DNA of 64,000 nt from the NCBI GenBank assembly GCA_046563655.1, contig CM102286.1:6758001-6822000 (forward strand). The letters are read 5' to 3'. Below are positions 26,263 to 40,163 of the stretch, piece by piece. The notes under the pieces were generated by a model. It ran no database searches. It was given only the letters and a program-made list of their open reading frames with translations, and was not told where the DNA came from. Position 1 is the first letter of the stretch. Every line of letters begins with the position of its first letter. Both the position numbers and the translations under genes were made by a program. Source of the DNA: Yuukianura sp. NJ FZ-2021. Its lineage: Eukaryota.

Positions 26263-26957
26263 GTTTTGAAGTGGAAACTTTATTTCGAGAAAAAAAAACA
26301 GTCCAATTGTAACTGTAGTGATCTGTAACAAAAAGACTCGCTGGAAATTACGTTAATTTGAATAAGACTGCCAACACGTTTGAGTTTGAGGCAGCTTATT
26401 AAAACTTCATTATCTTTAATTTGTAAAAATGTAATTTTAGTTGTTTTAATAAATCATGAGAATCGTATTTCCGGAATTAACGCTTTGATGATCTTCAATC
26501 ACTTTGGTTTTTTAAATCACCTGCCGAACTCCTGTGGCCTAAAATTAAAATCGTCCCGAAAATAGCCCTTTTTGTGAAACTCCCGGTTCCCCACATGTAA
26601 ACTTCCTGCTCTAAAAGGCGTAAATCTCTTTTGTTTTTTCATGTTTGTCTTGTAACGTTGAAAGAATAATTCAAATAGACAAAGCAGAAGGTCATACATT
26701 AGTCTTGTACAAGCGAAACCGGGACCGCGGAAATACTCCCGACGGCTCACAGAAGCTTTTGCTGAGGAACACAGATCGTTCCAAAAATAGACGCTGACAC
26801 AATATTCTTTGGTATTTTACTGCACTCCTCGAATTCTTTTCAACTTCACTTGCTGAATTTTTAAAAAAAACTGGCTACAGATAGAGTTGAACATTTGAAT
26901 TTGTAGAAACGTTTCATTTATTCATAATTTCTACTAAATGGTGCACTAAAGTGAGAG

Positions 26958-28227
26958 ATGGATAGCATTGACCTACAGAAAGTTCCAAAATTCCAGATTC
27001 CAACGGTAATCATTTAGTGTGACAATTTTAATAGTGTTTAGTATGTTTTACTTAACTGAATCTTGATTTTAGATTGACCTTGATTCAGAATTTGATGTCC
27101 TTCAAGTCGTCGGAGAAGGATGGTTTACAAAAGTGTTTCTAGTTGAACACCGTAAAACTCGTAACGAATTTGTTCTCAAAGGAATTCCCAAAGAATCGAC
27201 TACTGCCGAAGAATTTTTGCGCGAATTTCATTGGAGCTATGCTCTGGGTGTACGAGAGGGTGGAAAATCAATAGTTAAAACGTTTGACATTTTATTTGCT
27301 GCAGAGGACTGCTACTTTTTTGCACAAGAATTTGCCCAGTTTGGTGACCTTTCCACTAATATTTCAGACATTGGGATTGGAGAGATTTATTCCAAGAAAG
27401 TGGGAAGGCAACTTGCTGGAGCACTTGACTTTCTACATGACCAAAATCTTGTTCACCGGAATGTTAAACTCGATAACGTCCTCATCTTTAGCAGTGACTT
27501 TTCCAGAATAAAGTTGGGTGACTTTGGATCCTGTTGCAACAAAGGAGCATGCGTGAATCGATTTAACGAATGGGTTCCACAAACTCCGCCAGAGATTTTG
27601 ATCATTCCGCAAGAAACGCCGTATTCCGTCCAGCCCCACCATGATACTTGGCAGTTTGGCATACTGATGTTCCTCTGCCTAACAGGTATGAAATGACATA
27701 TTTGTACCAGAATCATTTTTTGTTACTTAGAATTCAGCTGTATACAAATTTTGGCATGTATTTGAATAGGTTGTATTCCATGGCAAAAGGCAGAGCGTCA
27801 CTCGGACCCTAAATTTGAAAGTTTCGATCTCTGGTGCAAAAGTCGGATTATGAAAACGCCGAAACCTTTCAAAATTCTTTCAAAGAAAGGGAGGCGTCTC
27901 TTCCGGAAACTTCTGGAAATAAACCCGGACAAACGTGTTGGAGAATCCCTAAAACCAGAGATTGAAAAATACTTTGAAGACAAATGGCTTACCAAGTTAC
28001 CGGAACGACCAGCGGAAGAAGAGGATTTAATGACAAACGTGTCCATGCTTAGCTTTCATTCTTCATTGACGGACAAGAATCGACTGCTTGGAGCTCTGAC
28101 GCGGTTTGGAATCGAAACAACAGTTGATCGAGACCTCAAGAAAAATCGAATCAAAGAATGGATCGCCACCAGCACCGTTCTTGAAGAGGAGGAAGAGGAC
28201 GAGGGCATTGCGGATGAAAATTTATAA
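26958..28227 (+). CDS. SBK1/meng-po-family Ser/Thr kinase-like protein (catalytic loop HRN)
   Basis: Exons 26958-27005, 27073-27685, 27770-28227. GEGWF, VLK, EFLREF, FAQEFAQFGDL, HRNVKLDN, FSRIKLGDFG, PPE, DTWQFGI..CLTGCIPWQKA, and the C-terminal FGIETTVDR..K..RIKEWI typical of the family. Confidence 0.88.
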
Positions 28228-28662
28228 ACTAAAATTTGGTAATAACGCACTTCTTATTCAACGCTCTTTGGTATTTAATAAGAGAATAACGCTGAAATGA
28301 GATGTTGGCCAAAAGTTACCCTCTAATCCAACATTATAAAATTAAGTTTTCACAGTTCCCGAAGTCACGTCTAACGCAATTTGAAATTTCGAACTCACAA
28401 TGCTACATAAAAACATTGTTTAACCAAAGCCGCCGTTTTTGGGTCATAATGATTACGTCATCGAAAACTTTGAGTTTTTGAAGAAAATTTTAATCGGAAG
28501 ATCAATTTTGTGTGTATCCTCTCGATTGGTGGCCAACTTGCAAAAATTACTTTAGTACTATTTCAAACAACTGTTGCACGTAATATTTCATTTCAAATTG
28601 GAATTCCTGGGAAATATGTTTATTTTCACCGAAAAAAGTTTATTGTCCAACTTGCGCTTACA

Positions 28663-28917
28663 TTAAATCGCCTTCCAAGGCTGTCTGTTCAAGTTATTTA
28701 ACACAAACGAACTCCGCCAACTTGATTCCTTTCCTCCGACTTCGTTGTACGAATTGAAACTGCGTCCTTTTGTAATGAAAATCGCTGGTGTTCCGTTTAT
28801 TACAAAGAAAACCCAAATACAGAGAAATGCCAAAGACACAGTAATAAGGAAAACGCTCCAAGTGATAATTTTGTACTCCACAGCGTAGGCGCCGAACACG
28901 TCGATCAGGTTTTCCAT
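28663..28917 (-). CDS. Hypothetical 84-aa single-TM protein
   Basis: Good start context (AAACAATGG), one strong hydrophobic segment (IITWSVFLITVSLAFLCIWVFFV), and a candidate splice acceptor about 40 nt upstream. No recognised family. Confidence 0.4.
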   Translation of the reverse strand: MENLIDVFGAYAVEYKIITWSVFLITVSLAFLCIWVFFVINGTPAIFITKGRSFNSYNEVGGKESSWRSSFVLNNLNRQPWKAI

Positions 28918-29030
28918 TGTTTACTGCTCAACGGAATCCAAGACAGAAGAACTTCCTGTTAGTAAAGAACGGTGAGGATATAATTTATGTGATTTTAGGA
29001 GGTCCATATTCATAAGCCGCGTTTAGTTGG

Positions 29031-29404
29031 TCAGTATGTCAGAGAAAGTCCGTAGAGTGGGAGACCATGAGAACTATGGATTCCTCCGAATCCAAAGTTG
29101 GCATAATTGTAAGTCCTGCCATAGAAGCCATGGTAACCAGCATTGTACCGGTGGTACGCCATAGATGGTTTCTGTGGCAGTGGTAGAGTGCCTAGCCCAT
29201 ACCGGTCACGCGACAGAGTCAAACCGTGAACCACCAGCGAATGAACCCCGTTAGCATCAGTGACAATTGCTGCGAATGTTGTTGATACCACAATTGAAAC
29301 GCAGAACTGAAGAAGCCAAAGCTAAAATGACAAATTCTTGATTTTAAATTTGAATGAAGTTGTTAATTATGGTTGCTTTGACTTACAAATGTCAAAATGT
29401 TCAT
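29031..29404 (-). CDS. Small secreted Gly/Tyr/His-rich protein (cuticle-protein-like)
   Basis: Exon 1 29404-29387 (MNILTF, donor GTAAGT), exon 2 29321-29031 (LWLLQFCVSIVVSTTFAA...YHRYNAGYHGFYGRTYNYANFGFGG). Signal peptide split by a first micro-exon, a layout common in arthropod cuticular genes. Confidence 0.65.
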
Positions 29405-30496
29405 TTTAAGAAACACGCCAACAGCCGTAACACTGCAAATTGGTTATTAAAACTGATGGGAGCTTCTGTTGTATAGTTAATTTATATGTTAGCCAAATTG
29501 TCAGTAAATCTTTCGTTCCATGGTTGACTAACAGTCCAAAGCGTCAGACGAACTTGAGCAAGTTGTACTCAACTATAAGTACTAGTCTGAAAATATTATT
29601 TAATACAAATACCAATTCAAAGACGTATTATTTCAAATGTTACTTATTACTACTTAACTTATTCTGTCAATCTGGTTACGACAATTAGAAAATATCACAA
29701 GAAAGTCGTGTATTCAGGCGTAGTCATTGAGATATCTCTGTTGGAGATGTTGTTTTAGAAATAATAACTTCGTTTCATAGAATTTTAAAATTGAAGGTGA
29801 TTTCCTGTTTCCGGCGTTTGATATTTACCCTTGAATCTGGTTCACACCTTGGTTTGAAGCCTTGTGGAGTGTTATTATTGTTTTCCATTTTGTTTCAAAT
29901 TGATTACTTATCATTATCAACTTAACGTCAAACGATTAAAATCTCCAACACGAAGGTTTATTTCTGCCAGCCAATCCATCTTCATCAGAAAGACTCCATA
30001 AAGTGGTGAGGCCATGTTCCTGTCAAAAAAATATTTACTTTCCCACACCTAACGATCTGTTCAACTATTCAATTGTGTAGAGAAAAATATGATTTGACTT
30101 CGACCTTGCGTCACATTTTTGCGCATTTTGAACATGATTCTGTCGTAAGTGCTTTTCCGCGAGCCACGCCCATAAGTTCAATCATTCTGTCACTTGGAAT
30201 TTCTTCATTCGATTTTGTGTCTCCAAAAATATTATTTGATGGTTGCACTTTGTGAGAAAAATTAAAGTAAAAGAAACTAGAAAATACAACGCCTATTCTG
30301 GCCTAGCTACTACTTTACCAAACTAATAAGTTCTTTCAGTGTTATTCACCAGTTCATCGTTTCTTTCACGGTGGAAACACAAACGGCACCGTTTATCGAA
30401 ATGGTGAAAGCAATTCTTTGAAAACGAGAGTTTGGTGAAAACAAGTGGTGAAAGTATTAGACAAAGGAAATTCTACAAAAGTATTCTAATTTCGAT

Positions 30497-32437
30497 ATGA
30501 AGTGTTGTAGATTAATTTTTGCAGTATTAATTACTACTTCCCAAAGTGTCAACACTATAAGTACTTATAATCAGGCAATACAAGAAGTAACTTCACAAAT
30601 AACTGAATCAACGCGATGCTCCGTTGTCCATTTATTGCACAGGAACAAGTTACCGGATTTGTTCCCAAAGGTTGGAGTTCTGCCTCAATTGATTACATTA
30701 GTTGCTGACAAAGAAAGCGCATCTATGCCTTCGTTTTTTGACAAAGTACACACTGTGAATGATATACTTACACCCACCAGCTATGGAACATTACGCCATT
30801 CAGCGAGCTGTGTTGCACATCTATTGTTATTTCAAGCTGAAGACTATCAATTCAACGTAATGTCCGCCGTCGAATCAATCTTATGGCGAAAATTAGCGAG
30901 GCCATTGAACGACATTTTCTTTTTTGTTGGACCTGAACATGAAATAAACTTGTTCGCTCGGAGTCAACATGGCGGCGACATTCGTTTCAAGTACGGTATA
31001 TTTCCAACTACTGGGCATGTACAATACTTCGACTATTGCCGAAACCTACCTAGATTACCGACGAATCTTTTCCGGAGAGATTGCGACAGTGTCCTAAGAG
31101 GACGCAACTTAATTGCGACTTCCGTGAAGCACATAGCAAAGCTCCGTTACGAAAATAATCCGGACGGTAGTTGGAAAACCGGCGGTGGTGTTTACTTTTC
31201 ACTGCTGAAGGAGGCCAGTCTACGATACAATTTTACATTCAGCATTTCTTATGCCAAATATAGCGGCGCTGCTGGGTTTGTGCAGAACGGTACTTGGTAT
31301 GGAGCCGTGGGAGAAGTATTCAAACGTGAAGCTGATTTGGCCTTCGGCACGGGCATAACCCTTGACCGATATTTTGTAGTTGACCCGTCAGTGACACTTT
31401 CATATTTTGCTCGAGCATTCTTTGTGAGTACCCCTCGAGTGTCCAGTAGCTGGAGGTCAGTTTACCGACCTCTGCTACCTCCCATTTGGGGAGCTCTTTT
31501 GTTGACCATGATTGTGGCTGTTCCAGTATATTATGCTGTCGCAAAATCTTACAACGGATGGAGAGCTCTTCATTCTGGAGTTGATATGTTTTTGTTAGCT
31601 GAAGTCCTAGGAACACTTTGGCAGATTTTACTGGAACAGAGTATTTCTTTTTGGACCTGGAAGGGGGTTCGAATCAAAAGTCTCCTCATCCTGTGGGCAT
31701 TCAGTTCCCTTGTTCTAGGAACTGGCTACCGGACCAAATTGGTTTCATTTATGACTTCAAGGGTCAAAGAAGTCTATCCAAGGACACATGAGGAGCTGAG
31801 CTTGTCAAGTTACACGATCTACTTCAGATACTATGGTGGAATTCCGTACCGCCACTTGGTTGATTCACAGGATCCCACCCATAAACGATTACTACAAAAA
31901 ATTATACTGGTGAACTCATCTATCGAATGTGTTATTAACTCAATTCTGACAGACCATGCAGCGTGTATGGATTTCAAATTAACTTCGGAGTATGTTATTG
32001 GAACAAACGCCACGTTATATGCTCATGCGCAGAATGAAATGCTTGTACCATCCGACGATACAGACGTTGTTCTGAATCTTGTCCTGTCTTTCAGGAAGGG
32101 CTCTCCGCTCATTGAGTCATTTAATTCGTATATTCTTGCTTCTCTGGCGGCTGGAATGACTGACCAATGGATGAAAAACGACTTCGTTGAACAGAAAATA
32201 ATCGGGGCGAAATGGCTGAGAAGCCAAAGCCACTCAAACATCCGAAGCAGAATCGAATCACTACGAACAACTAGTACTGCAAAACCTCTCTACTTCTCTG
32301 ACATGATTGGAGCATTTGGTATTTGCTCATGCGGGATTATAATTGGCTTGTCTATATTTATTTTGGAGATGATGTATACAAAGATAAAGAAACAACAATA
32401 CTGGTTTCCACAAATTGAAGCATCGATGAAAATGTAA
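30497..32437 (+). CDS. Divergent ionotropic receptor (IR, iGluR-related chemoreceptor), intronless, 646 aa
   Basis: Signal peptide; S1 (NGTWYGAVGEVFKREADLA..ITLDRY); M1 (YRPLLPPIW); pore LLEQS; M2 (LWAFSSLVLGTGYRTKLVSFMT); S2 ending FRKGSPLIESFN; M3 (PLYFSDMIGAF...FILE). Confidence 0.9.
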   Translation: MKCCRLIFAVLITTSQSVNTISTYNQAIQEVTSQITESTRCSVVHLLHRNKLPDLFPKVGVLPQLITLVADKESASMPSFFDKVHTVNDILTPTSYGTLRHSASCVAHLLLFQAEDYQFNVMSAVESILWRKLARPLNDIFFFVGPEHEINLFARSQHGGDIRFKYGIFPTTGHVQYFDYCRNLPRLPTNLFRRDCDSVLRGRNLIATSVKHIAKLRYENNPDGSWKTGGGVYFSLLKEASLRYNFTFSISYAKYSGAAGFVQNGTWYGAVGEVFKREADLAFGTGITLDRYFVVDPSVTLSYFARAFFVSTPRVSSSWRSVYRPLLPPIWGALLLTMIVAVPVYYAVAKSYNGWRALHSGVDMFLLAEVLGTLWQILLEQSISFWTWKGVRIKSLLILWAFSSLVLGTGYRTKLVSFMTSRVKEVYPRTHEELSLSSYTIYFRYYGGIPYRHLVDSQDPTHKRLLQKIILVNSSIECVINSILTDHAACMDFKLTSEYVIGTNATLYAHAQNEMLVPSDDTDVVLNLVLSFRKGSPLIESFNSYILASLAAGMTDQWMKNDFVEQKIIGAKWLRSQSHSNIRSRIESLRTTSTAKPLYFSDMIGAFGICSCGIIIGLSIFILEMMYTKIKKQQYWFPQIEASMKM

Positions 32438-32531
32438 CTAGTAAAGCTCGTGCGATACAGAGTCAATGGAATTGGCTTAGATTAACTTGATTTGCTTTGT
32501 CTAAGCTCTACAGATCCGTCTGATTTACTGT

Positions 32532-34226
32532 TTACGTTTGGGGTGCGCTTGCAGTATCTGAAGTGGACCGTTCAACTGGGACGCAGAGGGATGTAAACCT
32601 GTTGAACGTATTCATAAGGTCTGGTTCCCGCCATAGCAAGGCATGAGATGTGAATCTGTCCTCGCCTTCGAAACGTTTGAGCAGAACTTTCTCCGAGTTG
32701 CCAGCTCTTGCCATTAAGGCAATGTTGTACAGCTAGAATTTTTTGGTAATTATTTTTTTTTAGCGTTTTAGGGTTTAGTAAAACCTTTGTTCAAAAACAA
32801 TGTAATTTACCTCCTCTCCTAGTTTGAAAGGTACAACCACATCGACCCGCGCATGTAGAATCAAAATTGGTATGTTGATTTTTTGAATATGTCGGTCACT
32901 CTGGAACGCTACGTCGTTGGCTTTTAAATTTTCAGTCAAAAAATTCTTCCCAAACGACGACAGTGGCCGGTAAATCTAGAAAACAAAAAATTTCATGCTG
33001 TTTCTCAAAAAAAAATTATTATTATGGCTTGTTTGTTATTTTAGTATTATTAAACTATTGCAGCTGCAAACTATTTTCGGTGACTGTAAAACCTTGATTT
33101 AAATCAAGTTCAATCGTTATTCATAAATCATTGCTCATTTTCAATTGTTAGTTTCTGAGTGTGACTTATTTACAATAGAATCTATAAAGGATTGGGAGAT
33201 ATGTTTAAACGCAGACAAAAGCTCAAAAGCTGGGAAGTGCATACGCCTCAAACGTCATTACTAATAAAGTAAGCAATGATCTTACAATTGACATAGGCGA
33301 ACTGAGAGCTGCGTCGGTCATATTTGTAAATGGCGCCTCAAGTACTAATCCACTTGGTGCTGGAAGGGACTGCTGTGAACAAAGGTAGGCAACCAAGTGA
33401 GTGGAGACCCTGGGAATAAGATGGAGAAGAGAAACGATATGCATCGTTGAAAGGTCATGTTCTTTAAAGTGGCATTTTGCTAGTGGACTAACGCGCTTCC
33501 CAGGGAATGAGCCCAGAAGTAAACCATACGTCTGTTTGTTACATAATCACCGCCCAGCACATTGTTGAGGACCCACTCATAGACGTATTTTGAGTCCTCC
33601 ACGAGTCCAGTCTCCGTCTGTGACCCTGAGCTGTAAGAGTCTCCGAAACTCCTGTAGTCGAAAGCAATGACATGGAACCCATGAGACTGCAGTAGACGAT
33701 ATAGGTCAACACGATGTCCAGTAGCACGATTTCCCATGTTGCCATGAAAATAAATCACAATTGGGTTTGAACTGTTTCGAATCGTCGTTTCCCATTCAAC
33801 TTCTGTCTTCGGCAGCACTTCATTGGCTGTCGGCATTGGAAGGATTTGCCTATAATTTGTAATATATGCGGTTATACGTTTTTACTAGGTTGCATTATCG
33901 ATATCAGTAACTAACCAAATTCCAATTTTAGCACCAGCATTGGGTATGAGATACAAGTTTCTAGCTCCAGAGAGGCGGTGCTGGTCAGGGTCAAAGTAGC
34001 CCCTGCGATACCTCCATTGAACTGAATCAGTCACATTTCATAAATCATACATTTAAACATCATACTACATACAATTAGTACTAGTACACCTTAAACATCA
34101 CTTACATAAATTCATGAAAATCAACTGCCGCTGTAAAGAGGGAAAGCAGCAAAATAGAACTGGGAGGGCGAGGTACAGCGCAACTCCGGCTGCAACTAGT
34201 TCGGCGATGCAAAATCCGAAATGCAT
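32532..34226 (-). CDS. ABHD12: ABHD12-family lysophospholipase / alpha-beta hydrolase
   Basis: Exons 34226-34106, 34021-33916, 33849-33493, 33409-33286, 32975-32811, 32732-32532. N-terminal TM, IYFHGN, FDYRSFGDS, WAHSLGS nucleophile, LVLEAPF, ILILHARVDVVVP (Asp) and a C-terminal His. A further upstream exon near 34.8 kb is possible. Confidence 0.88.
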
Positions 34227-36213
34227 TTTTCTAAGAGTTAAGAAAATTTAAATAGTTAATGAAATAGGTTAATGATTAATAAATAGTTTAGCCACTAACA
34301 CTAAGGCCAATTCATTCGATTTCCCGCAAAAGAAAAAAGCTTATGTCTATTTTATTATGGGTCTAATTAGTTTAGGATTTCAAAGTTGGATTTAAAGTTT
34401 TTGAAAAATTTGTTTTCTGGTCTTGAACCTGTACCAAAGGTTTTGCGATCCTTACTTCTTTTTTCTTTTTTGTTAAATTCCAAAAATTTGTTTTTCTTCC
34501 TTTTCACTTTTTACGACGTTTCAAGCAATTTCCAACCATAATTTGTTTGGTGGGATTGGGATGGTGGGAAGTGTATGGTGTAACCTTTGCGTGTTGTGCA
34601 TTAAAAAATAATTTTCTTTTCACTCTTTGTCCCGAATCGGCTTGGCTTAACGCTGCTCATTCCCATACTACTATGAAACATGGAGCAGAAAATTTTTTTC
34701 TAGAGTTTCAAACCGGATCAAAATTTTTTCTTTTGCATCGCGTAGAGAAACTGTTTTGAAGGAAGACAGAACAGAACATCAAATTTTTTTTCACTTTGTG
34801 TCACAAAATTTACAAACCTTTGTCTCCACTCCAATGAATGATGAAGATGCTTTTGGAATTAGTTCTCCGAATTGAGTTGCAGCTGGTACCGGCACATTAG
34901 TAACAAAAGAGTGGGTGCGCGGGTGTTGTCGTACGATTCGACGTAATCTAACTTACTAAATAAATTGAATTAACTGGATCAACCAACCTGTGAGAAGGTG
35001 CGGGGGTGGACACTAATACTGAGGACGGTCGTACACGAAACGTACGGGGGCGTTGGGGCCGAGCATGATGCTTTAAATAGTGGACAGACACTTCCTTAAT
35101 TTCCTCATCTCCTTTTTGTCTACCCACCCGCATTGTTGAGTAGTCAGCTGAATTTCCTCATTCGCTAGTCTTCCCAATCCGTTTCATTTTTCACATTTTA
35201 ACGGTACCCAATTCTAAATTAGATTGTATTCTGAACGTCTTTCTACAAATTCTAAATTGAAATTTACAATCACGATTCAAAAATCAGCATCTCACACACT
35301 AGGAACTGATGAACTAATTTTTGCAAAACATCCATTCAAGAAGTGAATACATACTGCAATCAGCTGTCCGTTGACCTTCACTTCTTCAATCCTCTTGCCG
35401 AAGGCTGACCTCTGCAATTCAACTACGAGTAAGTTGTGACACATCGCTAAAACATTAACTTGCTTACGGTGAATGATTTACTCATTGCCTAAAATGTGTT
35501 GCAGAGGTCGCGTTGTGTTTTCTTCTGCGCGGCCTTCAACATCATTTTTTATAATCAACCAAACTAACGAACTAACCAAACCACCTAACGTTAGTTACTA
35601 CTTACTTCATTAAAAAGGTTGCTTCCTGTAATTAAACAAAAGTTTTTGTCACAAAACGTTTGAAGTCCGCAAGAAAGGAACTACTACTCACGTTATCCTC
35701 GTCCAAGTCAAGCGATTCGTTTCCTGCGTTGGTCGCTGTAAGACCTTTTAATGTCACATTATCTGCAGCTTAGGATCTAAAACGGAGTTTGTTTGACCTA
35801 AAGTGTCCAAAGAATATATTGGTTTCATGTCCACTGCTGATAGTCTTTGAAAACGCTAGAACTTCCAGTAGTGTAAGTTTTGTTTACGTAAGATAGTGTA
35901 AAACGTTGATAAGTATTACCTACCTAAACCGTGTTGTTTTTTATTTGTTTGAGATTGAACTTTATTCTAGATGACGCTGCTGTTTAAAAAGTGCGCTTAA
36001 TAACAGTTGTAACGTAGCCTTGTTTTCGTTGATTGTATAAACAACCTTGGTCCCATATAGTCATCGACAACTGCTGGAAGCTAGATCAGATCTGCATGTC
36101 TAAAATTGCCTGGTTTAATTCGCACCTTTCTTTTGTGTTGTAGATCCCATCCAGAGTTCAGTTGTGACGGTGGCTTCGTTCAGCATAACGGTATCTTCTC
36201 TGGAACGATAATT

Positions 36214-37865
<1,652 letters not shown>

Positions 37866-38981
37866 CTATATGATGGAGCTGATGCCAGAGAAGATAACGA
37901 TGGAGCTGATGAAAAAGAAGGTACCACTAAATTTCAAGAGGGCAGATCCGATTTATAACTTTTCAGTAGTAGTTTTGCACTAAATTCGCTAAATGAAGTC
38001 GTTGTAGTACTACCTAACCTAGTATTAATATTTCACCTGTGATTTATTTACCTGTTGCCAGATATTACCAAGAATTCAGCGCTGCAGCTCCTCAACCATC
38101 CTACTACTACTACTGCTTGTCTATGCTTTTTTCTCTTTCGCTTTGTGATTAGTTGAATTACAATTTTCGTCTTACGAAATACACTTTGAACTTCGTGTTC
38201 ACTTCGGTGAGGGTGGTGTCCAGATTTGAGTCGAGATTATTATATTTTCTATTAGCCCAATCTTACTGTTATATCAGTATTAGGAAAAATACGTTATATT
38301 TTTAATTGTTTTAACTCAGATCAAGTACTTCGGCAAACAATATTAGAACCACAGAAAATGCAGTAGCAACCCGTACTAACAATTGGTATCAATTCAGTCT
38401 TTCTTTTTATATTTTGAAATACTATTTTTAAAGTGATCTGTAGCAATATAACTCCCGTGTCAAAATTCTAGTATTTGCCAAAACCAGTGAAAATTGAATA
38501 AAATCAATATATATTTTCATATGCGATCGTATATTACATATTGTATTATAAATGTTCTAATGCTAAACATGTACTTCAAAATAATTTTCTACATTGAGGC
38601 TTGCAGTCGAAAGGAAAATCCGGAACAATATCGGTTTACATGCTCCATCAAATGTTCTTCTAGTATAATGAAAATATGCATAAGCAAATATGTCTGGAAG
38701 TTAAACCTACCGCGCTTTTATTCTACTACCGCATCACTTTTCGTCATTTTATGTTTTCATTGAAATCTCAAATTATTGTTAATTGACAGATTTCGTGAAT
38801 GATTTGAACCAAATATGGATGTCAGTTTTAATATCCAGAGTGACCCGATTGATGAGATATGACATGATGAATCATGATAAGCAGTAGAAGCTATAATATG
38901 AACTGTAATTGCGGGATGGTTCAAGTGGTGGGACATGAACATGCGGATGTCATGGATAGTAGCGGCAGAATCCCGGGAATC

Positions 38982-39010
38982 CCATATAAGGCATTCTCTT
39001 CCTATTTTGG
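38982..39010. promoter_or_regulatory. Pair of consensus CArG boxes (SRF binding sites) upstream of the SRF gene
   Basis: CCATATAAGG (38982-38991) and CCTATTTTGG (39001-39010) both match CC(A/T)6GG. An Ets-like CGGATG lies at 38944-38949, and a one-mismatch CArG CCAAATACGG at 39996-40005. Confidence 0.55.
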
Positions 39011-40163
39011 GAATTCTTGCAGAAGATCTTGGTTGTTGATGCTACTGCTGGCCAAAATGCGCTTCAGAAGCCCATTCGGAATCATGTCGAATAATTCCCC
39101 AGTGCCAGCCAAGGTAGTGGATTCCATACTATGGTAGAAGTAGAGTCAAAGCCTCTTAAGAAGAAACAAACTTTTGTGCTTTTCAAACCGAATCCTAAAA
39201 ATCTTGATCCAGCTCGTAAGAATTCATTTGAGTAACTTTTGCAAGAAGCAACCCGAAACTTCAACTTCTTTTTTTTTCCTTTTTAAAATTTCATCTACTT
39301 TTAGAATATGGAGTAGCATAGAAAAGGAATAATATTCACGTACAGAATTAAGCACGCACTTTTACTTTACTTCCATTCATCCTTTTGTAAACATTGCACA
39401 TTGAATTTGTTCAACTTCCGGCAATTTACCAGCCTCGTAAAGTCCACACTGAAACAAAAATTCTGTCAAGGCTTTTTCATTTTTCTGCGTCACTGAAACA
39501 GTCAAACACAAAAGTCAGACGGCGATAGATGTGAAAATGATGAAAAATTTAGAATTCCAAAATTGATTTTTTTCTTTTTGGAAATTCATCAAGGAACGAG
39601 GTGAAAGTAAGCCGTAGATTGCTTTTCATTCGCTCATCACAAAATTCTTAAGGCACGAAAACGATAAAAACCGTACGGACTTACAATTTAGTAGAATAAC
39701 TTTTTTTTAGTAATTAAAGAAAATTAGAGTTTTGCTAAACTCTGAACTCATCTTCATGTTATGGAAGGAGCAGTGCGTAAGAAGTCCAACTTAAATTTAA
39801 ATTTTGGGAAACATTTTGAAAGACGCATTTCGTTTAACGAACATTACATATGAAAACGACTGCCTGAATAATTAGCATTGACTCATCGCATCTAGAATTT
39901 ACAAAGTGCTAACTCGTGTAAGTAAGTTTGCGTTGGGATTGAATTGAGGCTGGTGAGAATGAGATTGAGAGGGATTGTGAATTTGGGAGGAATGTCCAAA
40001 TACGGCAAAATCACCTCCCTTCTCATATCCCTCAATCCACTCCAGTACCAGCTCAGCTGTTACAAGGGTAACAGCATCAACAATCCACCATCAACCAATT
40101 AAGTCAACCAGTGTCCATGCCAAGTTAGCTCCAGTCATCAACTACTTCGTCACAATCACTACA

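Noticed and set aside
33493..33520. ABHD12 nucleophile motif AHSLG instead of GHSLG as a sign of inactivation
   Set aside because: The Ser, Asp and His of the triad all appear retained, and A-x-S-x-G occurs in active lipases.
38757..39264. Cluster of short ORFs upstream of SRF
   Set aside because: No homology recognised; the region looks regulatory (CArG and Ets-like sites).
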